A stretch of 64,000 bases of DNA, taken from Albugo candida (taxonomy: Eukaryota). The position numbers and the translations under genes are program-made. The stretch's first letter is position 1; the number at the start of each line of letters is the position of its first letter. The notes beneath the pieces are model-generated. The model had not been told where the DNA came from. It saw only the letters and a program-made list of their open reading frames with translations, and searched no databases. Positions 1-12,289 of this stretch are shown here, piece by piece. The stretch lies in assembly GCA_040437565.1 (NCBI GenBank), contig JBDOQK010000001.1:372001-436000 (forward strand), written 5' to 3'.

Positions 1-944
1 TTTGGCATTCAACTCTCGGACAAGAAGGGTTTCTGCCGATGATACCTCGAAATAAACTTTATCGAGTCGTTGGGAAGGCATTGCCACCGGATAAACCACA
101 CCCAATGTTGCTTCACGTATCAGAACGTGATCGAAGTGGGACGTCAACATGGGTGAAAGATTTTTACAAGTTATTCAAACGTCTTCGCAGACGTTTGCTA
201 CGGATCAATTCGGATGTCTGGTTCCGACTATCCTTCTGTATCCTACCAGTTCGAGCACGATTTTGGTTTTTACAACAATCACATCCAGAAATCATCCTGT
301 GCACTCAGAAGCATTGTGGTGTTGTCGAAAGCTACCAGCATTTGTTTTTCGACAGCAACAGGACACGTCCAGTTTGGGAAGAGCTCTTTTCGTCGTGGAC
401 AATACTTTTTCTGTTCGCCCGCGATGGTCACACATCGCGTGTGCACGGATTCCTGCTCCTCGTGATGCGTGGAAGCCTTTTCGAATGGTGCTGGAGGATC
501 TTTGGTTTACATTAGTCGCGGTCGCGATTCATTTTATTTGGACGGATCGGAATCGCAGACTTTTCGCCCACGGCACTTCGACGCCAACTGCCCCAGCTGT
601 TTCGGCAATTTATAGCACACTGAGTGTCCATATCCGATATTTTCAACGGCAGTGCTATGATACGGAGCAGCTCGAGCAGTTGACACAAGTACTAGCGTCT
701 TATCAACATACTGGTTCAGCCAGGAGATATTTCTCTACTCGGCCCAGCCTGCTTTAAGTTCGACACCGTCAACGATTCTAAGTCGGTGATTCGTGGCGTT
801 TCTAACACAGTACTATCTTATTCCAGTCGCTGAACCTAGCTACGGCTTTCTAGACCAAAATTGCATTCATTTTGTTTATTTATTGTAGTTTAGGCATTAG
901 AGAAGTCATTTACGTCTAATTCTAGTAATCTAGACAACTTCAAC
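1..944 (+). mobile_element. Non-LTR retrotransposon (L1/Tx1-like) 3' part: degenerate ORF2 C-terminus (zf-RVT region) plus 3' UTR
   Basis: Frame of ORF 39..515 gives zf-RVT-like 'CTQKHCGVVESYQHLFFDS..TRPVW'. After a frameshift near 410, ORF 149..757 gives 'LW...IHFIWTDRNRRLF'. The 3' UTR ends '...TCTAATTCTAGTAATCTAGACAACTTCAAC' (944), shared with the copy ending at 48697. Confidence 0.85.
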
Positions 945-952
945 TAGGTTCT

Positions 953-3780
953 ATATGGCCGAGGGTTATTATTCCAAATTGCAGTAGTCTCTTGCACTCC
1001 CTTGTAAAGATGCACTGGAATGTGGCTGTTAGAATCATGACAGGAAGAAGCGATATGTACAGCAATAGAAAAGAACAAGGGTACATTTCAGTGGCTTTTT
1101 AGTATATAGTAAACATATGCAGCAAAAATGAAGCTTTTGGCACCCCTCGATGCCGACCGTGCAAGATAATACTGCTTGAATGTCAACGGTGTAAACGTCA
1201 ACTGAAAAAATATATAATCGGATAACTTTATTCTCCCCACTGAATGGTCATTTCCCAACACTAAACCCAAAGACATCGATGTCGTGCATCGAAGTGTCAA
1301 TAAACCAGAATTCCTGCTGTATATTAGCGCACCGAGAAATCATACCAATCTGGAAGTTGTAGCGATACAGATTCTAGCTCGATACAGAGTACATGCGTTT
1401 ACTTGGTTCTCCCTCTGTATGACACGTTATCAGACGATGGAGTGAACCAGACGTATTCCGTTATGACTTCGTTGAAACCTTGAAGGTTAACTATATTGCT
1501 TAAGATCTCCAATCGTTGTAGCCGTGTTTACAAGTTGCAGCTTAGCTGACCTCCTCCATATACGACTTGAAGGTATCATCAACTTCCATGATGGAATTTA
1601 TCGACAATAGATACACCTGAGTTGCAACTCACGACGTTATCAATAGTACTGTTCTAGATTGTCAAGGATTTCATTACACTGTTTATCTGGTTTTTTAACT
1701 ACCTTCCTTATCCTATCATNNNNNNNNNNNNNNNNNNNNNNNNNNNNNNNNNNNNNNNNNNNNNNNNNNNNNNNNNNNNNNNNNNNNNNNNNNNNNNNNN
1801 NNNNNNNNNNNNNNNNNNNATCTGGTTTTTTAACTACCTTCCTTATCCTATCATGAGTCCCTGACCGTATGAATATCACTTAAGTGTGACTTCAAACCTA
1901 GGGAGGCAGATATTTTCCAAGCTTATTGCTTGAGTGGGCTCAAACCGCTGCCCACACTGCCGGGAATCGAACTAACGACCTCCGGCAGGGGGTCCGTGCG
2001 CTCAAGTGCTTAATTGACTGAGCTGAGTACGGAACCCTATAGTACTGTTCTAGAGAAAGAACTCTGGGTTGATCTCAGGTTAGATTATACTCCATTCGGA
2101 TCTGCGTAGTAGTGGTTGCTCGAAGAATTACATCAGTATGAAAACATAACTATTCCAGAAACAAATCAAAGTGGCAGAGGTCTTTGTAGTCAACGAAGAA
2201 GACGTTGCAGAACGCGAAGTCTCTTTTCAAGGTATATCGGGCCACCTCGAGAACTTTTACGCCTTCGTAACTCTGATAGAGAGATAATACGCGCAATTTG
2301 TAAGGAATCTTTCAATATCTATGATGCTGATTGTGTACACATAGAACTTCTTCAAAGCACGTGTAGAAGACTTGCATGAAACGAAGAAGCAAAAGAAGAA
2401 ATAGTGCATGACGATGCGCTATTTCGTTACTTGATGAGTTGTAGTTCAAGCTACCTTGACAGGAGGGCTCCGCCATTGATTATATTGACGATATTTCTTC
2501 ACGCTTGTCTGGATCTACAATACCATCGCGATATCAACAACATGCTTTGGATGTCACTTAGATCCAATCCCAGCACTCCTTCCTTATCGAAGCGTTCACA
2601 ACCGAAAGCCGAGCTTTATTCACAGCTTCTTTGTCGAAGTTGTTGGTACAATCTTATTCAATAATTGAAGAAATTCTCGAAGATAATTGATGCATTCATA
2701 CCAATAGAAGCACTGTCAGCTAAATGTTTCCTTCACGAAGTTCTTGCACTAGAAAACTGCATCGATTTGATGATCTCAAGATGTGAAACGTATATAATGT
2801 TATCTCAGATAGCGAATGATCATTCTTTGCTGCCACAACACCTTTTGCAAATATTAGTAGTATGGGCCACAGTTCAATCATCAGCTTCCCACATCAATAC
2901 GATTTTTTGGAGCGACGATTCTTTTGCGTCTTGCACCGTACGAATTGCCTTCTCTTCATGTGGAAGAAGCTTATTTATCCAGAGAAACCCAGCCTTATCA
3001 CGTCCAGGAGGACGTGATTACGAAAGTGTGACCAACAGAACCTATTGCCGCAAGAACCGCATCATGTATGTGATCCTATCGCTCACGATAACAAAGTCGA
3101 TTTATTATGATACAAGTACGAAAGAGCTGGACGCATACTGGCTACTTCATCGTCTGACGAGTTGGGCCGAAAGGCAGTCCTCAGTTAGAGTACTGGGACC
3201 GACTCTTTCCAGCTGCAATACGAAAAGAGAAAGTAGAAATTATCTGTCAATTGTAAATCATATCAGCGGATCACCTAAATGGCTAAACGGGTGAGTAAAA
3301 GAGCAATCAGAGAAGGGATTTGTGATTGATGACGGATGGTTTCAGGTTTTCGTGTACAGGATGTTCTTTAGAAATCGGAAAGAGATGCAAACAAAGAAGA
3401 GAAACGAACGAGCTACGGAATTAGGCACAGGACAGCAATTGTATAAAGTCTAAACTGTTTTCGTCTCATTCAGAAAAGCATCTCAGCACCTCTTCCACTT
3501 CAAACATCTTCAACTCACATACACTTAAAGACACAGACCAGATGGCGAAGCTCGTAAGCCATCCTATTGCATCGGATGCGTGATCAGTATTTCGCAAACA
3601 AACACGTTTGTCGCTCTTGCGATCTCTTGTTATGTCTATAGCATTACATATGTATCGCGTGCTCCACCTGTCTTTGCAACCTCACATTCCATGCAATTGC
3701 TTTGACAATTCAAACCGCTCAGGGTGCCATTTAGATATGGCTCTATCGTTCACAGGACGTGGAAAGTCGCGCAGAAGTAA
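953..3780 (+). pseudogene. Decayed copy A of an unidentified multi-copy, Cys-patterned, possibly secreted-protein gene family
   Basis: Reverse-complement homology to about 6450..9082, 43560..44300 and 49640..49950. Example: 1147 CGATGCCGACCGTGCAAGATAATACT vs revcomp of 8818-8846 CGATGCCAATCGTGCAAGATCATACT. Many stops and frameshifts; ORFs 2404..2664 and 2665..3294 are remnants. Right boundary is approximate. Confidence 0.6.
1659..2038 (-). mobile_element. tRNA-derived SINE (~245 bp after removing the gap and duplicated flank)
   Basis: Minus strand starts GGGTTCCGTACTCAGCTCAGTCAATTAAGCAC (A-box-like) and has the B box GTTCGATTCC (plus 1963..1972). Flanked by a perfect 16-bp direct repeat ATAGTACTGTTCTAGA (1643..1658, 2039..2054). 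The homologous site near 44040 lacks the insert. Confidence 0.8.
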
Positions 3781-3846
3781 AGTATCATGTTCTCAAGTAT
3801 ATATTCTGAAGTAAGGAAACTCAAATTGACTGGTTGGAATTTGCTT

Positions 3847-4517
3847 TTACTGAGCGACTTCCAGCTTATTTTCGACTTGAGTGGGAACTTCTGTGGGTTC
3901 AGTCGTTGATTCCTCTTCTATGCGTTTACATACTACGGATGCTTTCTTTTGCCGAAGTGCAAATCGTTTGTCTATTTGAAGATCGAATCCTATCGGAACG
4001 GTCAGTTTTGAGCGACGTACTGCTGGAATTCCAATACTTCCACTGGATCGTATGGTCTACAAATATGCAGAAAACGGTGATTACTTGCCGGTGAAGAACG
4101 CTACTCACGTACCTGTACAAAACGTTCTTTATCTGTGGCAGTGGGAATTTGTACGAAGGAGACTGTTGATTGATGATACCGCTGATACTTTTTTTTTTGC
4201 TTCTCAACTCGTTTCCGAAGAGCGCGAATCTCCAATAATTCTTTCGAAGTCATACTCAAATGTGATTTTTTCACCGCGTTTTGCGGATGATAATGAAATT
4301 TTGGGGATTTTGGGATTGTTAACTTTCGCTGTGTACTTTTATTCTCAATCTTCTTGGCACTTCGAGTTTGCATTTTCTTTACTTTATCTGTTCCATTATA
4401 GCGACTTCGTCGTCCGGCAATGGATGCTCGAGTTGGGCGTAAAAGCCGCGCATCAACTTTGATGCATTTCACTTTAGCCACCTTTGTACTCGATTGCTGT
4501 TCTCCGTGATTCTCCAT
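3847..4517 (-). CDS. Short TPX2-like microtubule-binding protein, 2 exons (4517..4113, 4056..3847), 204 aa
   Basis: GT-AG intron 4112..4057 (56 nt) joins the exons in frame. TPX2-type repeats 'KLTIPKSPKF' and 'GIPAVRRSKLTVPIGFDLQIDKR'. Confidence 0.6.
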
Positions 4518-5599
4518 ATTCTTTTTCAGATTCTTCTTTGGAATGCTTCAGTAAAGTTGCGGCGGGATTTTTGGATTCAGATTTTTGAAAACATTTAAGT
4601 TCGTTAGCCAATCAGAGACGATCAAATTTCTCCTTTCCGGTAGATTCCTAAGTTCGCGTTATACTTTTGGGTAAAAGGCCCAAACACTACATAGCGCAAA
4701 AGACTTTGTTGCTTAGTCCGCGCGAAACGGAACCGGAAATGCTCGTGGTCGACGTTCACGTGATGTGATGCGTTTGTTCCCCGATTGCCAAAAGCTTTTT
4801 CTAAAACGATATCGCGTAATTATCCAATTTGGTCGTCTGGTTCTGATTCTGATTCTGATAACGCAATGAATATGAAGTGATCGAAGAGCCCGCGCGTGTT
4901 GCGAGCAAAATGAGCCGATTTCTTTACGAGCTCAAAAAGATAAGCATACTCTCCACTGTTTTTCGAAATGACAGATCCAATTGATTCGCCGGCAGTCCAT
5001 CGCCATTACGCAACCAATGCGATAGATTTTTGTCAAGAATCAAGTTGTTGAAATGTCTCTGCAGGCTTTGGTATGCGTTCTCGACGATGAAGATTATAAA
5101 CGTTGTCGTGGCCGTAGAGTATTTCATTGCAAAGTTATAGATTATAGCTCGATTGGCGCTGCAGAAAGATAGAGTCCTACTGCCCAGCAGATCGCATCAC
5201 GTTCACACTCACAAATTATCGATTGCAGCTCTTTGGATACGACTATTGAGAGTATAATGGAGAAGGCTTCGTCTTTGCGGATGCATCAATCCGTCGCGGT
5301 GGGGAAGGTTTGTTGCCTGAAAGTATCTCCAACAAGCTAGAAAGTAGCGTGGGTACCTCAAATGCAGACTGCAAGAATTGATCTCTAGCGATTGGATACC
5401 TCGCATGGTTTGGTGGGCATTTAGAGCCTTCTCAATTGGGTTCATTTGTCGTAACACTGTTGGGCATTCTTGGAAGTTTATTACAAGATGTGGACGTCCT
5501 TATTGCGAAACATTCTATTTAGGTGACATACACTCTTTTTCATCATAATGTGGTGCTAGAATCGAAGTCGAACGAGGCTTTGAAGCAATTTTAATTCCA

Positions 5600-8500
5600 A
5601 TTTGTATTTGATCTTATTGAACTGATGGCTTGTTGAAGGCCGAAGACCCCGATGAAGAATCGGCGTTGGCAGATCTGAAGCAAGGTCTAAAACGTTTATC
5701 ACTTTTGATGCTTTGGACGAAGGCGTCGTGAAGCAAACAATTGCGAAAATATCGTTTGCATAAATGTTTGCCAGATTTCATTGTGATATAAACGCTCGAG
5801 TTCTCGAAATGCTTCCCCATACCGCCCTCGTCATGAATCAGGTCGGAGTAAGCATCGAGTTTGCTATCGGAGCAATTGAAGGATGAGGTTTCACAGAGTT
5901 AGATCTATTGCGCAAAACTGGAGCAAGTATTGGTTTCCGACGGGGATCTACCATAACTCTTTGTGAATGGGACTCTTCACGTATTCAAAGCGTGCATCCC
6001 GGAGACTGAAAAGATCTCTTGTTCATCAATTTCGAGTAATTTAGAAGCAAGAGAATCCGAGTTTGCGCTTGTTATATGGATCAGGAGTCTTTGAGATCTC
6101 GCTGGCCGTTTGAAGTATATCAAGTTTGAGGTCGTCGGAACTACTCGTATGGAAGCCTTCTCTCGACATTGTAAATGTTCAAGGGAGATGCGATGAGAGA
6201 GTGATGCGCCTCCATCGACCAAAAATATGACAAAGTTGTAAGCAAAAGGTATGAGAACGTCCAAGTCTTCCTCTTCCGATGAGGACAGGCGCAATTTGTA
6301 CCCGACAATTTGTTGCTGGTACCCTTAAACGTGTGCAAGCAACACAACAGAAAGCACAGCTGCTTGAGAAAAGCTGGGGTCTTTAGCAATTGTATCAGCT
6401 GCTAGAGATGAAACTATTTCAGGGCAATGAAACTCAATCAAGAAGAAGCGGGAAGATAAGTTGTGCCTTCCCCACGAGTAAAAGAAGCGATTCTCGACCG
6501 ACAATGCTCGTTCGAGTCAATCGGACAATTCATATGCAAGAGAGCGAGCTGAATCCATTCATCAACGCAGAAGCCGAAGGAACTAATCTCACCGATGGTT
6601 TGCATTCTAGAGACTGGGAAGAGAATCACTGAAAGTCTGTATCGATGGTAGTTCCTCCTCCAGCTGCAAGGATCCGTGTACTTCGATCTACCCGTCTACA
6701 ATACGTTGTGGGGTCTTCTACCACTTCTTCTTCCACGCAACCGTCTCCTCCTTGGTGAAGTTTAGACTTGACCGTATCAGCATTCCCGCCTCTTTTTGTT
6801 TGACTTCGAATCGGCCTTTTCAGCTTCTTTTTTTTGTCTCCAATTCAGTCCAAAGAATTTTAAACGGCATCGGGACTCATTTCCTTTGTCGTCGTCTTCG
6901 ATGCTGTCGGCCAAGTTGTCGTCGACTTGCGATTTCAGAGTGTACTTGAATCATTCCAGAGTATTTCTCCCGTTGCGAGAAAACGGGTATCTTTCGTCAT
7001 TGAACGTTCACCTTCGAGTGCGGCAATGCTTGGAGCATTTTTTCTATCGAACAAGGTCGAAATAATTTTCGCCTTCTCACTAGAGATCACAGTTTTATGT
7101 TTATATCGGACGACACCACCAGCAGTGTCAATCCAATCCCAGCCTAATTTTTTGATGTCTCGGATCAAATACATCCAAAGGGAGCTTAGTTGATGTTCGT
7201 CCATCCCGAAAGACACTTATAACTTTTTAATAATGAACAGATCGGCAAAGTCTTTTTTGTAGAGCTTCTTCCAAAGTTGGCTTACGCTTTTTTTGCCTTG
7301 AAAGAAATCGACTTAATTTGTACTCAACGCTATGATCCCATGTATCCTGTAATTCTGCCTGCACAAGTTGCTCTCGTTCGTACCAATTTCTCGTTTCTTC
7401 GTGTTATTCCTGCACTATCATATTCACGCCTTCCCGCAGTTGACCGATTTAATTGGCTTCAGATAAAGGTCGCTTACCCAAGGAACATTCAGGCGATTAG
7501 TAAGGCACAAAGAAGCATGAAGAATGCTCATTCGAAAGCAGAATGGTACTGCTGCGGATTATTACGTCGTTGAATGTATACTTGGACCAATCTTCTGGTT
7601 TAAGGTGTGGCACATGCTGCTAAAATTCGCGGAATGTGTGTTGGTAACGAAGAAGATTACTCGTTGTCAAAGATGAAGTAATTGATGTTTACCATCTACA
7701 AGTCACCAAATCGATGTAGTCTTCTGGTCAAAGAACGTTGTGAAGAAACTTTTAGTTGACACTGCTTCTATTGGCATTTGGTGAATGAATGCATCAAAAA
7801 TCTTCAAGAATTCCTTCACATTTTGAAGAAGATCGTACCAACAAGTTTGACAAACAATGTTCGATTCCAGCTCAGCTTTTGCCGTGGACGATTCGACAAG
7901 GACAGAGTATTCGAACTGGTTTTATGATGCGACATCAGAAGCATCGTCTTAATATCGCCATGTAATAGTAGATTCAGACAAGGGCAAAGGATATCGTCAT
8001 CATAAGTGACGGCTGAGTAGTGCTGCTAAGGTGGGTTATTAGACAATTTATCAAGTGACGACATAGCGCGCCGTCATGCAATCTTTTTCTTCTTCGTTGA
8101 TGCAAGTCTTTTCTGTATCTTTTGCTGCAATGCTTTGAAAAAGACTCATCTGCACGCAAACAACATCATCCATGTCGAAAGGTTGAATGCGCCTTCTAAG
8201 TTGATCGTAGTATCTCTCATTCAAGTCGAGTTAACACGTCATCTCTCCAACAAAGACCTGGTGCTCGCAATATGATCGGCGTTCTGCAACGTCTTTTCCG
8301 TTGTCTACACATGCCTCTGCCGCATCGATCCGGTCTTGGTTAGATATGTCTTAACACTGATATAATGCTGTGAGCAATCTCTAATATCCAGGTCGGAAAG
8401 GTGTAGATTATTCCAGTCAGAAAACAAAGGTGATCTGGAATGCTGTATTCACCCAACGCGTCGAAATAACAAACTTAGAAGTAAAACATTTACTAGAGAT

Positions 8501-9082
8501 CAAGCCAAGCGCTCTATCTGGAATAGTAATGTGTGCGGCGTCATGATGTACTGATTTATTAGTCTCTTAGATCTTCTGCGAGATCATAATGGAATACATC
8601 TGGGTCACGGAATGTCTACCATCGTCTGATATCGCTGCAAGTGCCAAAATAGTATGATAATTCGGTACGCCAATAAAGAGCAGATGAACTAGGTTATTAC
8701 TATTCGACGGACCATACCGATTCTCTGGATTGGATGCTGTATTCAGAGCATTCAGCTGGGAGAAGATCGCTCTCCGCTTATACTTCCTTTCAATTGGTCT
8801 TGTTTACAGCGTTGAAGTAGTATGATCTTGCACGATTGGCATCGCTGGGTGTCAAGACGCTTCATGTTTGCCTCAAACGTTCCGCATACACTGAAAAGAC
8901 TCTGACTGGAATGCTATTGGGATGTTTTCTTGTTTTTTTATCCCTGTAGATATTGCCTCTTCCTGTCACAATACTAAAACCCACAAACCAGTGCCCCTTT
9001 CTAAGGCAGTGCAAGAAACCACGCTCTTAATGTTTTTCAAGCTTATAATCAAAGGACTAGGAATCACGATCCTCCGCCACAT
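5600..9082 (-). pseudogene. Decayed copy B of the multi-copy gene family (5' ~3.5 kb)
   Basis: Collinear with 46680..49950 and 43560..44250 (e.g. GTTCTGCAACGTCTTTTCCGTTGTCTACA at 8281 and 43791). Begins ATG 'MWRRIVIPSPLIISLKNIKSVVSCT'. Fragmented into short ORFs. Confidence 0.6.
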
Positions 9083-9710
9083 ATAAGCTATTACATATCA
9101 ATTTATCAAAACCATACCGTCTAAAGAATTTGGGGTTGTTTCTGCGTGCGTTCAATCGATCATGCTGCTACACAAGACGAAGTAATAGTTTAGTGTCTTA
9201 CAGATTTCAGTAGTGAGCTCTCGCAGATGAATCCAACGCATACCTGTTTAATGCCAATGTTTTGCGGATTGGTTAAGAGTCCTTCGTGCAGTTGGAACAC
9301 TTCGCAATTTGCATTCTTTGGTAAAATGTTGCTTATATCGAAATGAATCTGAGATGGAGAGTAGAACGATGAAGTATGGAGCTTTGTCCGAGACAAACTT
9401 TTGAACAAGTGTCAAGTAATGCCATATGGAAGTTCAGCCACGCGAGTTTCGTCTTATATCATTATTTACGAAAAGTGGTCCGTAAAAATCAGGACAGCAG
9501 CAGCATTCATGCATTCAAACAACGGAATGGGCCAGTACGCTATTGTTTTAGAGTCAAGCACACAGGTGGAAAGAAGTGAGGGTTTGTTAGTCACACAAAA
9601 CACTAACCATTGATTCTGAGAAGCTGAAATGAAAGACGCAAATTCAAAAAACTGAAAATGACCTGACCAATTCTCTCTGCTGCTTCCTGCACTTTACGAC
9701 AAAATCGAAC

Positions 9711-11666
9711 TCATTGCTCAATTGCATTCGGACGATCATCTTGCACTCTTCGATGCAAGTTTGAAAGAAACTTCAGCGCTCCTTCTGCTGTATATCTCTC
9801 TTCAGCATTTTTTCTCTGCAAATTCTTCTGGAATCGCTCTAGCGATGGATCCCGAGCATATGCAAGTAGTTCACCAAACTGATACATATCATGACAAGAC
9901 CGATACGCATGTCCATAAGCCTCACACTTCACCAAGGGGTCGAGTACTCGCGATTCTAATAAGTCATCAGGCATCGGATCACCATCGCGTCCTGCGTTTT
10001 CCAAATCAGCTAGAATGTGGGAATCGTCTCCCAAACACAAGATATTTGGCCAGCGGATATCCCTATGAACATATCCCAGTGCATGCAAACCAACAAGAGC
10101 ACGTGCGATGCAAATTAACGCAGGTATCAGCTCCGAATCATTGGTTGGTAGCTTTGTAAAACCCACTGGCCGCAATTTCAACGTTCGTTCGTATCTGTAG
10201 TCGCAACGAACGGTACATTGAATTTCGTTCCGCCCTATTGCGTCATAAATAGCCATTACTGATTCAAAATCGTAAGGGTCGTGATCGAGTACTTTCAACA
10301 AGTGATCTGCGTAAAGTGTAACACTTCCGTTGTTTCGTGGCATTTTCTTGTACATTGGCAAAAATCCTTCTGGTAATAGAGATTTGTAATGGTAGAGAAT
10401 CCGAAAAATGTTGATCGCTGATACAATACATCGAATGCGGTACTGTAAAAATTTCAAGTCGAACGGTTCTGATACTGGTAAGACGTTGAACGAACGATCT
10501 ATGACAAGAAATTGTACTCGTGAATTGGCCGCTGCATATGTGAATAGAAACGGCATCTTTCCAAACANNNNNNNNNNNNNNNNNNNNNNNNNNNNNNNNN
10601 NNNNNNNNNNNNNNNNNNNNNNNNNNNNNNNNNNNNNNNNNNNNNNNNNNNNNNNNNNNNNNNNNNNAATGCGGTACTGTAAAAATTTCAAGTCGAACGG
10701 TTCTGATACTGGTAAGACGTTGAACGAACGATCTATGACAAGAAATTGTACTCGTGAATTGGCCGCTGCATATGTGAATAGAAACGGCATCTTTCCAAAC
10801 ATGGACAAGTGTATTTTCCCCATTGCAACCAGTTCCCCCTTGGCTGCAACTAATTCGCCAGGAGATCCTTTTTCTTCTCCTTTCATTACCAAAACATCGT
10901 GCAGCCACAGCACAACGTCTGGCGGCTTTGAATGACTCGTGGTGGATTTCTCTGTTTGATTTCTACCAACTTCAATAGATATTTCCATGAGAAATGCCGT
11001 TTCTTCAATCGGAGTTCGAATCAGCATATCCCACCATAAGACGTTTGCATTTTTACTTGCCGAAAACATAAAACGTCGTCTTAGAGCATTCTCAAATACA
11101 TTTGCTTGGATAAATTTGTCTTCAGAATACTCGAAAAACTGTGGACACTCGTCAATCAATCTTTTTTCATCGGTCGGATATTTTATAGGTAAGGGTGTTG
11201 AAATAAACGCTTCCAGTTTCTTCGGCGTATTGAGAGCACTCATGTCCACATCTCGCAATTTCGCCGCATAGAGGTGTGTGATATCTTCACGCACTTTTCG
11301 ACGTTTACAAGCATATGCTGGCAACTGAACCAGTACATGGATTACGTTCTTTTTTGGTACATTCTGATCAAAAATGTCCTGCAACTCTTGAGCCGGATGC
11401 ATGAGCGATTCCGCATTCATGTAAGAATATTCGACTTTCGGTGTACAATATCCTTTGGATAGTTCAGCTAGAACAGCGTCGTGACAACTGAGAAAATCGC
11501 CATTTTTCTTGGCCAAATAGAGTTTCAGCTGATCTGCAGAAAAATTGTAGAATTTCTTCTTCAAAATTTCTTCTTTCAGAAAATGAACGTGTCTCCCACC
11601 CTCGATCTTGCAAACAAGCACCCCTCCATCCCCAACAATAAGACATATCAGGATCAAGTCGACCAT
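9711..11666 (-). CDS. CRN: Crinkler (CRN) effector: LYLAK/HVLVxxP N-terminus, PD-(D/E)xK REase-like domain, C-terminal protein kinase; ~573 aa after removing the gap duplication
   Basis: Motifs 'ADQLKLYLAKK', 'IHVLVQLP', 'PPDVVLW...MKGEEKG' and kinase 'YVHRDIRWPNIL...LADLENA'. 10434..10567 is repeated at 10668..10801 across the N-gap, adding 78 spurious codons. Confidence 0.92.
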   Translation of the reverse strand: MVDLILICLIVGDGGVLVCKIEGGRHVHFLKEEILKKKFYNFSADQLKLYLAKKNGDFLSCHDAVLAELSKGYCTPKVEYSYMNAESLMHPAQELQDIFDQNVPKKNVIHVLVQLPAYACKRRKVREDITHLYAAKLRDVDMSALNTPKKLEAFISTPLPIKYPTDEKRLIDECPQFFEYSEDKFIQANVFENALRRRFMFSASKNANVLWWDMLIRTPIEETAFLMEISIEVGRNQTEKSTTSHSKPPDVVLWLHDVLVMKGEEKGSPGELVAAKGELVAMGKIHLSMFGKMPFLFTYAAANSRVQFLVIDRSFNVLPVSEPFDLKFLQYRIXXXXXXXXXXXXXXXXXXXXXXXXXXXXXXXXXXFGKMPFLFTYAAANSRVQFLVIDRSFNVLPVSEPFDLKFLQYRIRCIVSAINIFRILYHYKSLLPEGFLPMYKKMPRNNGSVTLYADHLLKVLDHDPYDFESVMAIYDAIGRNEIQCTVRCDYRYERTLKLRPVGFTKLPTNDSELIPALICIARALVGLHALGYVHRDIRWPNILCLGDDSHILADLENAGRDGDPMPDDLLESRVLDPLVKCEAYGHAYRSCHDMYQFGELLAYARDPSLERFQKNLQRKNAEERYTAEGALKFLSNLHRRVQDDRPNAIEQ

Positions 11667-12289
11667 TCTTCTTTTGTTTTTCTTCTTTGAAATTTCAGTT
11701 ATCTGTTCTGATGCTGTACCGTATGCTTCACAAGTTCGTTATTGAAGGATCCGAAAAAACTTCAAATTTAGTGCCCTCTGGAAGTTGACCGGAAGTAGAG
11801 TCATGCTTTCCGTATTGAATATTTACTACTCTGTAGCTCAAACCCAGAAGGATGCGCGTGGGTTTATCGCGCGATATGATGCGGACACCTTTCGCAGACA
11901 AAATCCGCTATGTTTATCATTATCTAGACTCTTCACGATTGATGCTTGCCACAAGCAGGGGATTTATCCCAGGCCCAACTGTTGCTCCTGATTCCGAAGG
12001 ATAGTATCAAGGATTATCGGTCAAGATCTATCTATTCGTTTGATTAAGAAATGAAGATCAGGCAACCCTTGTACCTGTTCTATCAAGTGGTAAGCATGAG
12101 TGAGAAAGTGGACAGTGTCTTTTCGTGAATTTTCCTTTCCAGTGCAAAACTCATCCAATGCTTTTTGCAGTTCTGGCGATAGAGTGATTGCGATAATGGA
12201 TATAAAATTCCGTGGAACAATACAAAGACGATCAAATAATGTATAAGGCTTGAGTCATGGATGATATTCTACATTACCGGGGTAGATGC

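Noticed and set aside
1950..2038. Possible tRNA gene
   Set aside because: It has A/B boxes but no convincing acceptor stem or cloverleaf. It is the head of a TSD-bounded SINE.
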